Source: Microbacterium sp.
Lineage (GTDB): Bacteria > Actinomycetota > Actinomycetes > Actinomycetales > Microbacteriaceae
Length of the DNA: 64,000 nucleotides
Reading direction: 5' to 3'
Assembly: GCF_041641055.1 (NCBI RefSeq)
Contig: NZ_JBEPZB010000008.1
Coordinates: 46,600 to 110,599, forward strand
In this document: piece after piece, positions 9,883 through 19,153 of the stretch
Numbering within the stretch: position 1 is the stretch's first letter
Layout of the letters: each line of letters starts with the position of its first letter
Translations under genes and position numbers: made by a program
The notes under the pieces: generated by a model
Told to the model about the DNA's origin: nothing
Database searches by the model: none
Seen by the model: only the letters and a program-made list of their open reading frames with translations

Positions 9883-10712
9883 AGCGCCTCGACCACTCGT
9901 GCCAGCAGAGCGGAGATCACCGGCTCGGCCTCTCGACCGGCCTCGATGACCTCGGCGTGGCTGAGAGGGGTCAGCTGGATGCCGGCCGCGAGGTTGGTGA
10001 TGAGCGAGAAGCCGAGGATCTCCATGCCGGCCTCGCGCGCGGCGATCGCCTCGAGGGCGGTCGACATGCCGACGATGTGCCCACCGATGTGCTTCGCCAT
10101 CTGCACCTCGGCTGGTGTCTCGTAGTGCGGACCGCGGAACTGCGTGTAGACGCCCTCGTCGAGGCTGGGGTCGACACCGCGGGCGATGTCGCGCAGGCGC
10201 TTCGAGTAGAGGTCGGTGAGGTCGATGAAGGTGGCACCCTCGAGCGGGGAGTCGGCGGTCAGGTTGATGTGGTCGCTGATCAGCACCGGCTGTCCGGGCG
10301 TCCAGGTCTCGCGGACGCCGCCTGCGCCGTTGGTGAGCACCATGATCTCGGCGCCCGTCGCCGCGGCGGTGCGGACCGAGTGCACCACGCGGCGCACACC
10401 GTGTCCCTCGTAGTAGTGGGTGCGCGCGCCGATGACGAGGACGTTCTTGCCGTCGGGGGTGCGGATGCTGCGCAGAGTGCCCACGTGCCCCTCGAGAGCG
10501 GGCTTCGAGAAGCCGGTCACCTCGGTGGCGGGGATCGTCGCTGTGGTCTCGCCGATGATGTCGGCGGCCTTGCCCCAGCCGCTGCCGAGGGTGAGGGCGA
10601 TGTCGTGCTTCTCGACTCCGGTCAGGCGCGCGATGTCGGCGGCTGCCTCGGCCGCGATCTCGAACGGATTCGCGTTCGGGTCGTCGAGGGGGTTGCTGTG
10701 TGTGTCAGACAT
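9879..10712 (-). CDS. punA: Purine nucleoside phosphorylase (trimeric type)
   Basis: LGSGWG, RTHYYEG, GPHYETPAE, VGMSTALE and TNLAAG; start MSDTH at 10712. Confidence 0.92.
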   Translation of the reverse strand: MSDTHSNPLDDPNANPFEIAAEAAADIARLTGVEKHDIALTLGSGWGKAADIIGETTATIPATEVTGFSKPALEGHVGTLRSIRTPDGKNVLVIGARTHYYEGHGVRRVVHSVRTAAATGAEIMVLTNGAGGVRETWTPGQPVLISDHINLTADSPLEGATFIDLTDLYSKRLRDIARGVDPSLDEGVYTQFRGPHYETPAEVQMAKHIGGHIVGMSTALEAIAAREAGMEILGFSLITNLAAGIQLTPLSHAEVIEAGREAEPVISALLARVVEAL

Positions 10713-10770
10713 GGGTTCCACTCTAGGAAGGTGCAGGCTCCGGTGCCAGGATTGCGGAAGAATGGAGATC

Positions 10771-12216
10771 ATGTCTTCCACCCCTTTTGAGCGCACTCAG
10801 CGCGTCGCCGTCCTCGGCGGCGGTCCCGGCGGTTACGAGGCGGCCCTCGCGGCCGCTCAGCTCGGAGCGGAGGTGACCCTCGTCGAGCGGGTGGGTGTCG
10901 GCGGGTCGGCTGTCCTCACCGACGTCGTGCCGTCCAAGAGCCTGATCGCCACGGCGGATGCCGCCGTGGCCATCTCGGAAGCCTCCGACCTCGGTGTGCA
11001 GTTCTACGCGAAGGGTGAGTACGGCAAGCCGCTGAAGCCCGAGATCGCGATCAACCTCGCAGCCGTGAACAAGCGCCTGATCGCACTCGCCGGTCAGCAG
11101 TCCGAGGACATGCGCACGACCCTGCTCGAGGCCGGAGTCCGCATCCTGTCGGGTCACGGACGGCTCGAGGGTCCCAACGCGATCATCGTCTCGACCGGTC
11201 AGGACGGCACCGACTTCGACCGTGTCGAAGCCGACACCATCATCGTGGCCGTCGGTGCTTCGCCGCGCGAGCTGGATTCGGCGAAGCCCGACGGAAAGCG
11301 CATCCTCACCTGGACGCAGCTGTACGACATGAAGGCGCTCCCCGAGCACCTCATCGTCGTCGGCTCCGGTGTGACCGGCGCCGAGTTCGCCTCCGCCTAC
11401 ATGAACCTGGGCGCCAAGGTGACGCTGATCTCCAGCCGTGAGCAGGTGCTCCCCGGTGAGGACCAGGATGCCGCCCACGTGCTCGAGAAGGTCTTCAAGC
11501 GCGGCGGCATGACGGTGCTCTCCAAGTCCCGCGCCGAGAAGGTCGAGGTCACCAAGGACGGCGTCACGGCGACGCTCTCCGACGGCCGTACGGTCGACGG
11601 CAGCCACTGCCTCCTCGCGGTCGGGTCGATCCCGAACACCGCAGGCATCGGGCTCGAGGACGCCGGGGTCGAGCTCGACGAGACCGGGCACGTCAGGGTC
11701 AACCGCGTGGCGCGCACCTCGGTGCCCAACGTCTACGCGGTGGGGGACTGCACGAACTTCTTCCCGCTCGCCTCGGTCGCGTCGATGCAGGGCCGCACCG
11801 CGGTCTTCCACGCGCTGGGTGACATCGTGATCCCGCTCGAGCTCATCAAGATCACCTCCAACATCTTCACCGCCCCCGAGATCGCGACGGTCGGCTACTC
11901 GGAGAAGGACGTCGAGGACGGCGTGGCCGACGGACTCGTCTACAAGCTGCCGCTGGCCGCCAACCCGCGGGCGAAGATGATGGGCATCAAGGACGGCTTC
12001 GTGAAGCTGATCGCCCGCAAGGGATCGGGCACCGTGATCGGTGGCGTCATCGTGGCCCCGAAGGCCTCGGAGCTGATCTACCCGATCGCCGTCGCCGTCG
12101 AGCGTCGCCTCACGGTCGACCAGGTCTCGCGTGTGTTCGCGGCCTACCCGTCGCTGTCGAGCAGCATCACCGACGCCAGCCGCGCCATGCATCTCGTCAA
12201 CGCGAAGATCTCCTGA
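10771..12216 (+). CDS. lpdA: LpdA-type NAD(P)H-quinone reductase (flavoprotein disulfide reductase family)
   Basis: GGGPGGYEAA FAD motif, GSGVTGAEFA NAD motif; redox-disulfide motif is degenerate (GGSAVLTDVVPSKSL); next to punA. Confidence 0.85.
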   Translation: MSSTPFERTQRVAVLGGGPGGYEAALAAAQLGAEVTLVERVGVGGSAVLTDVVPSKSLIATADAAVAISEASDLGVQFYAKGEYGKPLKPEIAINLAAVNKRLIALAGQQSEDMRTTLLEAGVRILSGHGRLEGPNAIIVSTGQDGTDFDRVEADTIIVAVGASPRELDSAKPDGKRILTWTQLYDMKALPEHLIVVGSGVTGAEFASAYMNLGAKVTLISSREQVLPGEDQDAAHVLEKVFKRGGMTVLSKSRAEKVEVTKDGVTATLSDGRTVDGSHCLLAVGSIPNTAGIGLEDAGVELDETGHVRVNRVARTSVPNVYAVGDCTNFFPLASVASMQGRTAVFHALGDIVIPLELIKITSNIFTAPEIATVGYSEKDVEDGVADGLVYKLPLAANPRAKMMGIKDGFVKLIARKGSGTVIGGVIVAPKASELIYPIAVAVERRLTVDQVSRVFAAYPSLSSSITDASRAMHLVNAKIS

Positions 12217-12231
12217 CCCGAGGTCGCACCG

Positions 12232-12275
12232 ACACGACGAAGGCGCCCCGCTCCTGCGGGGCGCCTTCGTCGTGT
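12232..12275. terminator. Bidirectional intrinsic terminator between convergent lpdA and accA
   Basis: Perfect 20-bp stem acacgacgaaggcgccccgc / gcggggcgccttcgtcgtgt with a tcct loop. Confidence 0.85.
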
Positions 12276-12286
12276 GAGGCCAGGTG

Positions 12287-14053
12287 TCAGCTGATCGTGA
12301 GCAGCTGGTGCCCTGCCGAGACGGTCGCACCGGCGACGGCGCCGATGTTGCCGATCGTGCCGTCCTTGTGAGCCTGCAGCGGCTGCTCCATCTTCATCGC
12401 CTCGAGGACGACGACCAGATCGCCCTTGACGACCTGCTGGCCCTCTTCGACGGCGACCTTGACGACGGTGGCCTGCATGGGCGACTTGACCGCGTCTCCG
12501 GAGGCGCCGGCGCTCACCGAGGTGGCGTGGCTGCGGCGGGACGGCGGGACTGCGGCCGGACGACCGGTGGTGCCGGCGGCCACGGCCACGCGGTCGGGGA
12601 GACTGACCTCGAGGCGCTTGCCGCCGACCTCGACGACGACGGTGTGACGGTTCTCGCCGGCGCCGGGTGCCTCGAGCTCGCCGTCCCACGCCGGGATGTC
12701 GTTCTCGAACTCGGTCTCGATCCAGCGGGTGAAGACGCCGAACTCGCCGTCGACGGCGGTGAACGCCGGATCGTTCACGACCTTGCGGTGAAACGGCAGC
12801 ACGGTGGGCAGACCTGCGACCTCGAACTCCTCGAGGGCGCGGCGCGAGCGCTCCAGGGCCTCGGCGCGGTCCTTGCCGGTGACGATGATCTTCGCGAGCA
12901 GCGAGTCGAAGGCGCCGGAGACCGAGTCGCCGGCGGTGACGCCGGAATCGAGACGGATGCCGGGGCCGCCGAAGGTCTTGAAGACGTGGATGGGACCGGG
13001 CTGCGGCAGGAAGCCGCGACCGGGGTCCTCGCCGTTGATGCGGAACTCGATGGAGTGCCCGGTCGGCTGCGGGTCGTCGTAGTCGATCGTGCCGCCGGCG
13101 GCGATGCGGAACTGCTCGCGCACGAGGTCGATTCCCGTGACTTCTTCGGAGACGGGGTGCTCGACCTGCAGACGGGTGTTCACCTCGAGGAACGAGACGG
13201 TGCCGTCTGCGCCGATGAGGAACTCGCAGGTGCCCGCTCCGACGTAGCCGACCTCCTTGAGGATGGCCTTCGAAGCGGAGTAGAGCTGGGCGTTCTGCTC
13301 ATCGGTGAGGAAGGGCGCGGGCGCCTCCTCGACGAGCTTCTGGTGGCGACGCTGCAGCGAGCAGTCGCGCGTGGAGATGACGACGACATTGCCCTCGGCA
13401 TCCGCCAGGCACTGTGTCTCGACGTGGCGGGGCTTGTCGAGGTACTTCTCGACGAAGCACTCGCCGCGTCCGAAGGCCGTGACGGCCTCCCGGGTCGCCG
13501 ACTCGAACAGCTCAGCGACCTCGTCGAGCTCGCGCGCGACCTTGAGGCCGCGGCCGCCGCCGCCGTAGGCCGCCTTGATGGCGATGGGGAGGCCGAACTC
13601 CTGCGCGAAGGCGATGACCTCGTCGGCTCCGGAGACGGGGCCCGGCGTGCCGGGGGCGAGCGGTGCGCCCACCTTCTCGGCGACGTGGCGGGCGGTGACC
13701 TTGTCTCCGAGGGCCTCGATGGCTTCGGGGGAGGGGCCGATCCAGGTCATGCCTGCGCCGATCACGGCGCGGGCGAACTCGGCGTTCTCGGCGAGGAAGC
13801 CGTACCCGGGGTGCACGGCGTCGGCGCCGGCACGGCGGGCGACGGAGAGGATCTTCTCGATCTGCAGGTAGGTCTCGGCGCTCGTGGCTCCGCCGAGGGC
13901 ATAGGCCTCGTCGGCGAGGCGGGTGTGCAGAGCGTCGCGATCCTGGTCGGCGTACACGGCGACCGAGGCGATCCCCGAGTCACGGGCGGCACGGATGATG
14001 CGTACGGCGATCTCGCCGCGGTTGGCGATGAGCACCTTGGCGATATCAGGCAT
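12287..14053 (-). CDS. accA: Acyl-CoA carboxylase alpha subunit (biotin carboxylase + BCCP)
   Basis: [46 protein letters not shown], and biotin site EAMKM; start MPDIAK at 14053. Confidence 0.95.
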   Translation of the reverse strand: MPDIAKVLIANRGEIAVRIIRAARDSGIASVAVYADQDRDALHTRLADEAYALGGATSAETYLQIEKILSVARRAGADAVHPGYGFLAENAEFARAVIGAGMTWIGPSPEAIEALGDKVTARHVAEKVGAPLAPGTPGPVSGADEVIAFAQEFGLPIAIKAAYGGGGRGLKVARELDEVAELFESATREAVTAFGRGECFVEKYLDKPRHVETQCLADAEGNVVVISTRDCSLQRRHQKLVEEAPAPFLTDEQNAQLYSASKAILKEVGYVGAGTCEFLIGADGTVSFLEVNTRLQVEHPVSEEVTGIDLVREQFRIAAGGTIDYDDPQPTGHSIEFRINGEDPGRGFLPQPGPIHVFKTFGGPGIRLDSGVTAGDSVSGAFDSLLAKIIVTGKDRAEALERSRRALEEFEVAGLPTVLPFHRKVVNDPAFTAVDGEFGVFTRWIETEFENDIPAWDGELEAPGAGENRHTVVVEVGGKRLEVSLPDRVAVAAGTTGRPAAVPPSRRSHATSVSAGASGDAVKSPMQATVVKVAVEEGQQVVKGDLVVVLEAMKMEQPLQAHKDGTIGNIGAVAGATVSAGHQLLTIS

Positions 14054-14131
14054 GATTGCCAGCCTAGCGAGTAGGCTCCCGATCCATTTGACGACTCTCC
14101 ACAAGAAAGAGGGAGAAACGTCGACGGGACT

Positions 14132-14770
14132 CTACGACCAGAGGTCGGTCCAGGTCACTCCGAGCTCGGCAGCGAGGCGGCGCACGGTCGACAGCGACAT
14201 GCCGACGACGGTGGAGGGATCCCCGTCGACACGGGTGATGAACGCGCCGCCGAGGCTGTCGACCGTGAAGGCCCCCGCGACGAGCAGGGGCTCGCCGGAG
14301 GCGACGTACGCCTCGATCTCGGCATCGCCGATGTCGTCGGCGAACGTCACGGACGCCTGAGCCGTCGCCGTCGCCTCGACCGGGGCGATTCCCGGGGAGA
14401 CGCGGAAGACCGAATGGCCCGAATGCAGGATGCCGGTGGCGCCGCGCATCTCGTGCCAGCGCCGCGTCGCCTCCTCCGGCGTGTACGGCTTGCCGTACAC
14501 GCGGCCGTTCAGCGCGAACATCGAGTCGCCCCCGATCACGATCCCGTCGAAGGAGCCTCCATCGGCGAGCCGTCGGGCGACGTCGGCGGCCTTGGCGCGG
14601 GCGAGCAGCAGGACGAGCTCGTCCGGCGCGAGCTCCGCGCCCCGTTCGGCTTCGGCCGCTGCGGCGACGGCATCCTCATCGACGTCGGGGGACTGGGTCA
14701 GCGGCTCGATACCGGCCTGCCGCAGCAGCATCAGGCGGGCGGGAGAGGTGGAGGCGAGGCAGACGCGCAT
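14132..14770 (-). CDS. maf: Maf family nucleotide pyrophosphatase
   Basis: LASTSPARLMLL, GGDS, GKP, AGAFTVDSLG and VVGMSL. Confidence 0.9.
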   Translation of the reverse strand: MRVCLASTSPARLMLLRQAGIEPLTQSPDVDEDAVAAAAEAERGAELAPDELVLLLARAKAADVARRLADGGSFDGIVIGGDSMFALNGRVYGKPYTPEEATRRWHEMRGATGILHSGHSVFRVSPGIAPVEATATAQASVTFADDIGDAEIEAYVASGEPLLVAGAFTVDSLGGAFITRVDGDPSTVVGMSLSTVRRLAAELGVTWTDLWS

Positions 14771-14793
14771 GTTCACCACCGTATCCTCGAAGG

Positions 14794-16023
14794 ATGACTT
14801 CCTCCCCGAACCTGCTCGATCTGGACATCACCGGCATCGCGCACGGCGGTACCTTCATCGCCCGCCACGAAGGACGCGTCGTGTTCGTCTCCGACGCCGT
14901 CCCCGGCGAGCGGGTGCGTGCGCGCCTGACCGAGGACTCGACGGGGGAGTCGAAGAGCTTCTGGCGTGCCGAGACCGTCGAGGTCCTCGAAGCCTCGCCG
15001 CACCGACGCCCGCACATCTGGGCGGAGGCCGACGTCTCGCGCGCTCCCGAGGATCGCCCCGGCGGGGCCGACCTCGGCCACATCGACCTCGAGCACCAGC
15101 GCGTGCTCAAGCGGCAGGTGCTGACCGAGGCACTGGACCGCTTCGCCGGCCCCGGTCTCGAGGCGCCCGAGATCGAAGCGGTCGATTCGACCGACGGCAC
15201 CGGGTGGCGCACCAGGGTGACGCTGCACGTCGACGACGCCGGACTCGTGGGTCCCTTCGCCGCGCGCAGCCATCGGGTGATCCCGGTCGGCACGCATCCG
15301 CTCGCGCGCCCGGCGATCGCCGAGGCAGCGCGCCGTCTCGCCGGAGGCGAGGCGGGCAGCGTCGACCTCATCGAACCGGGAGATGGCGAGGTACGCGTCG
15401 TCCGTCGGGAGCGGATGGACCAGCGCCCTGCGCGCGGACAGGGCCGTCGCCCCGCGCCGGAGGTCGTGTACGAGCAGGTCGGCGACCGACGGTTCCAGGT
15501 GGATGCCGGGGGCTTCTGGCAGGTGCATCCCCGTGCCGCGTCCGTGCTGGATGCCGCCGTCTACGGCGTGCTCGACGACCACGTGGATCCGGATGCGACG
15601 CACTTCGACCTGTACGGGGGTGTCGGCCTGTTCGCCGCGACGCTCGCCGATCGCGGAGCGACCGACATCGTCACCGTCGAATCGAGCCGACGGGCCACGG
15701 CGCACGCGCAGCGGAACCTGGCCCCTCTCGACGTCACCGCCGTCACGGCGCGCGTCGACCGCTATCTCGCCGGCGTCCCGGCCGGCACGAAGGCCGGCGC
15801 CGTCGTCCTCGACCCGCCGCGCGCGGGCGCAGGACGCGCCGTCGTCGACGCTCTCGATGCGCTGGCCCCCGAGGCCATCGCGTACGTCGCGTGCGACCCT
15901 GTCGCGCTGGCACGGGACCTCGGCACCTTCCGCGGTCACGGGTGGAACGTCACGACCATGCGCGGGTTCGACCTGTTCCCGCACTCGCACCACTTCGAGG
16001 TCGTGGCGCTGCTCACGCGGTGA
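14794..16023 (+). CDS. TRAM-domain RNA m5U methyltransferase (RlmD/TrmA family)
   Basis: N-terminal TRAM (IAHGG...VPGERV), FWQVH, DLYGGVGLF, LDPPRAG, YVACDP and DLFPHSHHFE. Confidence 0.88.
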   Translation: MTSSPNLLDLDITGIAHGGTFIARHEGRVVFVSDAVPGERVRARLTEDSTGESKSFWRAETVEVLEASPHRRPHIWAEADVSRAPEDRPGGADLGHIDLEHQRVLKRQVLTEALDRFAGPGLEAPEIEAVDSTDGTGWRTRVTLHVDDAGLVGPFAARSHRVIPVGTHPLARPAIAEAARRLAGGEAGSVDLIEPGDGEVRVVRRERMDQRPARGQGRRPAPEVVYEQVGDRRFQVDAGGFWQVHPRAASVLDAAVYGVLDDHVDPDATHFDLYGGVGLFAATLADRGATDIVTVESSRRATAHAQRNLAPLDVTAVTARVDRYLAGVPAGTKAGAVVLDPPRAGAGRAVVDALDALAPEAIAYVACDPVALARDLGTFRGHGWNVTTMRGFDLFPHSHHFEVVALLTR

Positions 16024-16064
16024 GCGATGATCGGGTCTCCGCACGGACTCAGTAGGCTGGGCTG

Positions 16065-16727
16065 ATGAGCAGGGTCGCACTCATCGACGATCACGAATCC
16101 GTCCGCCTCGGTCTCGAGGCCGCGTGCGCTCGTGACGGTGCGCAGACCGTCGTCTTCTCCGGGAGCACGGTGGTCTCCTATCTCGACTGGCGTTCGGCCA
16201 CCTCGTCTCCGCCGGCGGACGTCGTGGTGCTCGATCTGACCCTCGGCGACGGCACGACCGTGACCGAGAACGTCAGGTCGCTCGTGGCGGACGGCGCGAG
16301 CGTGGTCATCCACAGCGTCGCCGACCGACCCGCAGCTGTGCGCGAGGCGCTCGTCGCCGGTGCGGCGGGCGTCGTGAGCAAGTCCTCGGCCCTCGACGAC
16401 GTGCTCGACGCCATCCGCACGGTCGCCCAGGGCGAGGCCCTCAACAACGTCGAGTGGGCGAGTGCGGTCGACGGCGACCGCGACTTCGCCGACGCCCAGC
16501 TGTCCACCCGCGAGCGTGAGGTGCTGCGCCTGTACGCCACGGGCCTGCCGCTGAAGGCGGTGGCCGAACGACTCGGCGTCGCGTACTCGACGGCCAAGGA
16601 GAACATCACCCGCATCCGCGTCAAGTACGTCGAGGTCGGCCGGCCGGCTCCGACGAAGGTCGACCTGCTGCGCCGCGCGATGGAGGACGGCATCGTGGCG
16701 GCCGACGGGGCGCCGAGTGCCCGCTGA
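16065..16727 (+). CDS. NarL/LuxR-family response regulator
   Basis: LIDDH acidic pocket, VVLDLTLGDG phospho-Asp, and LSTREREVLRLYATGL LuxR-type HTH. Confidence 0.9.
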   Translation: MSRVALIDDHESVRLGLEAACARDGAQTVVFSGSTVVSYLDWRSATSSPPADVVVLDLTLGDGTTVTENVRSLVADGASVVIHSVADRPAAVREALVAGAAGVVSKSSALDDVLDAIRTVAQGEALNNVEWASAVDGDRDFADAQLSTREREVLRLYATGLPLKAVAERLGVAYSTAKENITRIRVKYVEVGRPAPTKVDLLRRAMEDGIVAADGAPSAR

Positions 16728-17949
16728 CCCGCTCAGCATCCGCGAGGCCTGGAGCAAGATCCCCTCTCCGGGCAGTGTGGAGACCGAGTTCGAGCGCTTC
16801 ACGGGCAAGCGCATGGAGCGGATCCTCGCGACCGTCGTCGCGATCGGATCGGGCATCCTCGGCGCGCAGGCGCTGATCGCGGGCATCACGACGATGGCAT
16901 GGGCGGATGCCGCGCGCATCGCGATGCTGCTCGTCGTCTTCGTCCCGCTCGTGGTGATGCTGGTCGCCTGTGTGGTCGGCCGCGGGGTGCGCACAGCCTC
17001 GGGCGCGTTCGCGATCGTGTACACGGCGGCGCTGGCGGCGTGGCCGAGCTTCGTCGATCCGATGGTGAAGGCGGCGGATCAGCCGTGGATCTTCTTCCTC
17101 GTGAACGTCGGCGTCGTCGCGGCGATGCTGGCCTTCCCGCTCTGGCTCCAGTTCACCTGGGCGGTGTGCCTGCCCTTCGTGTACGGGTACGTCCGGCTGG
17201 TCGAGGGGGAGTTCTCCCGCGATTACTGGGTGATCACGGCGTTCGACGTCTCGTTCACCCTGATCCTCGGCATCGTGATCATCTCGCTCGGCTGGATGTT
17301 CCGCTCCGTGGCGGCGGGCGTCGACGAAGCCCGTGCACGCGCAGTGGCCTCCTATGCCGCGGCCGCCGCGGCAGCGGCCGCAGAGGAGGAGCGCGCCACG
17401 ATGTCGGCGCTCATGCACGACAGCGTCCTCGCCGCGCTGATCGCCGCCGAGCGGGCGGAGGGCGAGCGCGCCCAGGAGCTCGCCGTCGGCATGGCACGGG
17501 AAGCGCTCACCCGCCTCGCCAACACCGAGGCGGCCGTGGCCCAGGAGGGGAGCGATGAGCCGGTCGGCGCGGCGCAGATCGTGATCGAGCTCCGGCGGGC
17601 GCTCTCCGAACTCGGTGCGGATGCGATCGTCGAGGAGCGCGGCGGCATCGGCCTGATCCCCGGCCGCGCCGCCAGAGCGCTCGTCCTCGCGGCGAGGCAA
17701 GCACTCGGCAACGCGGTGACCCACGCCCACGGTCGAGGCCTGCACATCATCGCCGAGGGGCGAGGTGACGAGGGCATCACCGTGACCATCTCCGATACCG
17801 GGCCCGGATTCGACATCGAGGCGATCGGGGCCGACCGCCTCGGCATCCGCGCGTCGATCTTCGCCCGCATGGCGGGCGTCGCCGGCACCGCCGACATCGA
17901 CTCGAGCCGATTCGGCACGACGGTGACGCTGGGCTGGGAGGCGCGATGA
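16717..17949 (+). CDS. Membrane sensor histidine kinase (NarX/HisKA_3-like)
   Basis: About 5 hydrophobic segments, H-box ERATMSALMHDSVL, N-box QALGNAVTHA, G1 DTGPGFD, LGIRASI and GTTVTL. Confidence 0.85.
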   Translation: MPADPLSIREAWSKIPSPGSVETEFERFTGKRMERILATVVAIGSGILGAQALIAGITTMAWADAARIAMLLVVFVPLVVMLVACVVGRGVRTASGAFAIVYTAALAAWPSFVDPMVKAADQPWIFFLVNVGVVAAMLAFPLWLQFTWAVCLPFVYGYVRLVEGEFSRDYWVITAFDVSFTLILGIVIISLGWMFRSVAAGVDEARARAVASYAAAAAAAAAEEERATMSALMHDSVLAALIAAERAEGERAQELAVGMAREALTRLANTEAAVAQEGSDEPVGAAQIVIELRRALSELGADAIVEERGGIGLIPGRAARALVLAARQALGNAVTHAHGRGLHIIAEGRGDEGITVTISDTGPGFDIEAIGADRLGIRASIFARMAGVAGTADIDSSRFGTTVTLGWEAR

Positions 17950-18950
17950 ACCGCACTGTCCGCAGCGTCGCGACCTCGCTCGCCGTCGGCTTCGCGATGT
18001 ACTTCGCGGCGCGGGGAGTGTGGTGGATCGAGCAGCCGACCGGACCGCTGCTCATGGTGGCGGCGATCGCCCTCTACCTCGTCGTCGTGAACGTGGCGAT
18101 TCTCTGGGACTCCGCCATCGCCGTCCGGATGCCCCTCTGGGTCGCGCTCCTGACGCTCGTCGCGAGTGCGCTGATCCCGGCACTGGTGACGCTCTCGCTC
18201 GATCCGCTCACGCGGACGGCACCGTTCGCGACCTGGTACATCGGAGCGCTCGGGCTGATCGGCGTCGTCTGCGTCGTGCGGCGACGATTCGTCGTCGGCT
18301 GGTCTGTCGTGCTCGTGCTCGTCGCGGCGTCCTCCCTCGCGCTGGGCTTCTTCGTGGCGCTGTCGCTCGGACTCGTCGGCTCGATCATGTGGGTCGCCGT
18401 CGCGCACCTCCTCGTCATGTTCTGGGACCGCGCGGTGCGCGACACCGAGCGGCTCGCCGGGATCCAGCAGGCGGTGTCCGCCTGGCACGCCACACAGCAG
18501 GTGCGGCAGAAGGAGCGACGGCTGCGCACGCAGTTCGCTCTGGCGGTCGCGGGGCCTGTGCTCAGCAGGGCGGTGGCGACCCAGGGCCTGCTCGACGACG
18601 AGGAGAGGCTGCAGGCACGGCTGGCGGAGGGGCGGCTGCGCGACGAGCTGCGCGGCGCCGACCTCCTCAACGATGCGGTGCGGGACGCGATCGAGGATGC
18701 CCGTCGCCGCGGCGCGGTCGTGACGGTGTTCGACGAGGGCGGTATGGACGAGGTCGACGAGGAGCGGCGCGGGGAGATCCGGGATGAACTCGCGGAGGTG
18801 CTCCGCAACGCGGAGGCCGAGCGCTGGATCATCCGGGCAGCGAGAGACCCTCGAACGGCCGTGACGGTGGTCGGCCGAGCGGGTGCCGGCGGACAGAGCG
18901 ACGACGACGCCGTCGACGTCTGGCACGAGATTCCACGCGACGCCTCGTGA
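17946..18950 (+). CDS. Multi-pass membrane protein resembling a degenerate histidine kinase
   Basis: About 6 hydrophobic segments, then a coiled segment ERRLRTQFALAVAGP with no H-box His and no N or G boxes; overlaps the kinase stop (ATGA). Confidence 0.65.
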   Translation: MNRTVRSVATSLAVGFAMYFAARGVWWIEQPTGPLLMVAAIALYLVVVNVAILWDSAIAVRMPLWVALLTLVASALIPALVTLSLDPLTRTAPFATWYIGALGLIGVVCVVRRRFVVGWSVVLVLVAASSLALGFFVALSLGLVGSIMWVAVAHLLVMFWDRAVRDTERLAGIQQAVSAWHATQQVRQKERRLRTQFALAVAGPVLSRAVATQGLLDDEERLQARLAEGRLRDELRGADLLNDAVRDAIEDARRRGAVVTVFDEGGMDEVDEERRGEIRDELAEVLRNAEAERWIIRAARDPRTAVTVVGRAGAGGQSDDDAVDVWHEIPRDAS

Positions 18951-18982
18951 CCGTTCGGCATCACCGCTGCGCCAGGACCTGC

Positions 18983-19019
18983 CCTCGGCTCTGATCGGGG
19001 GAGGAGATCAGAGTCGAGG
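18983..19019 (+). terminator. Hairpin downstream of the two-component operon
   Basis: 14-bp stem cctcggctctgatc / gatcagagtcgagg; its one G-U pair is valid on the plus strand; loop gggggagga. Confidence 0.6.
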
Positions 19020-19020
19020 C

Positions 19021-19153
19021 GAAAGAGTGGGCGAGGGGCGGCGAATCCGCCAGCCCCTCGCCGTGCGGAACAGTTACCCGAAAACCGTCCGCTGGTGGCC
19101 GGTCTGCGTCTATCTACCCTGGGACAGAGAGACCAGCCGAACGCGAAGCGTCT
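19021..19153 (-). ncRNA. Candidate structured small RNA (three hairpins, last one terminator-like); 5' end uncertain
   Basis: Hairpins at 19097-19138, 19065-19092 and 19030-19062, followed by CACUCUUUC. Three G-U pairs form only on the minus strand. No convincing upstream minus-strand gene nearby. Confidence 0.55.

Noticed and set aside
18983-19019. Minus-strand UCCUCCCCC anti-SD loop as part of the candidate sRNA or a 6C RNA
   Set aside because: The stem's G-U pair favours the plus strand, it lies beyond the minus-strand terminator, and the paired C-rich loops of 6C RNA are absent
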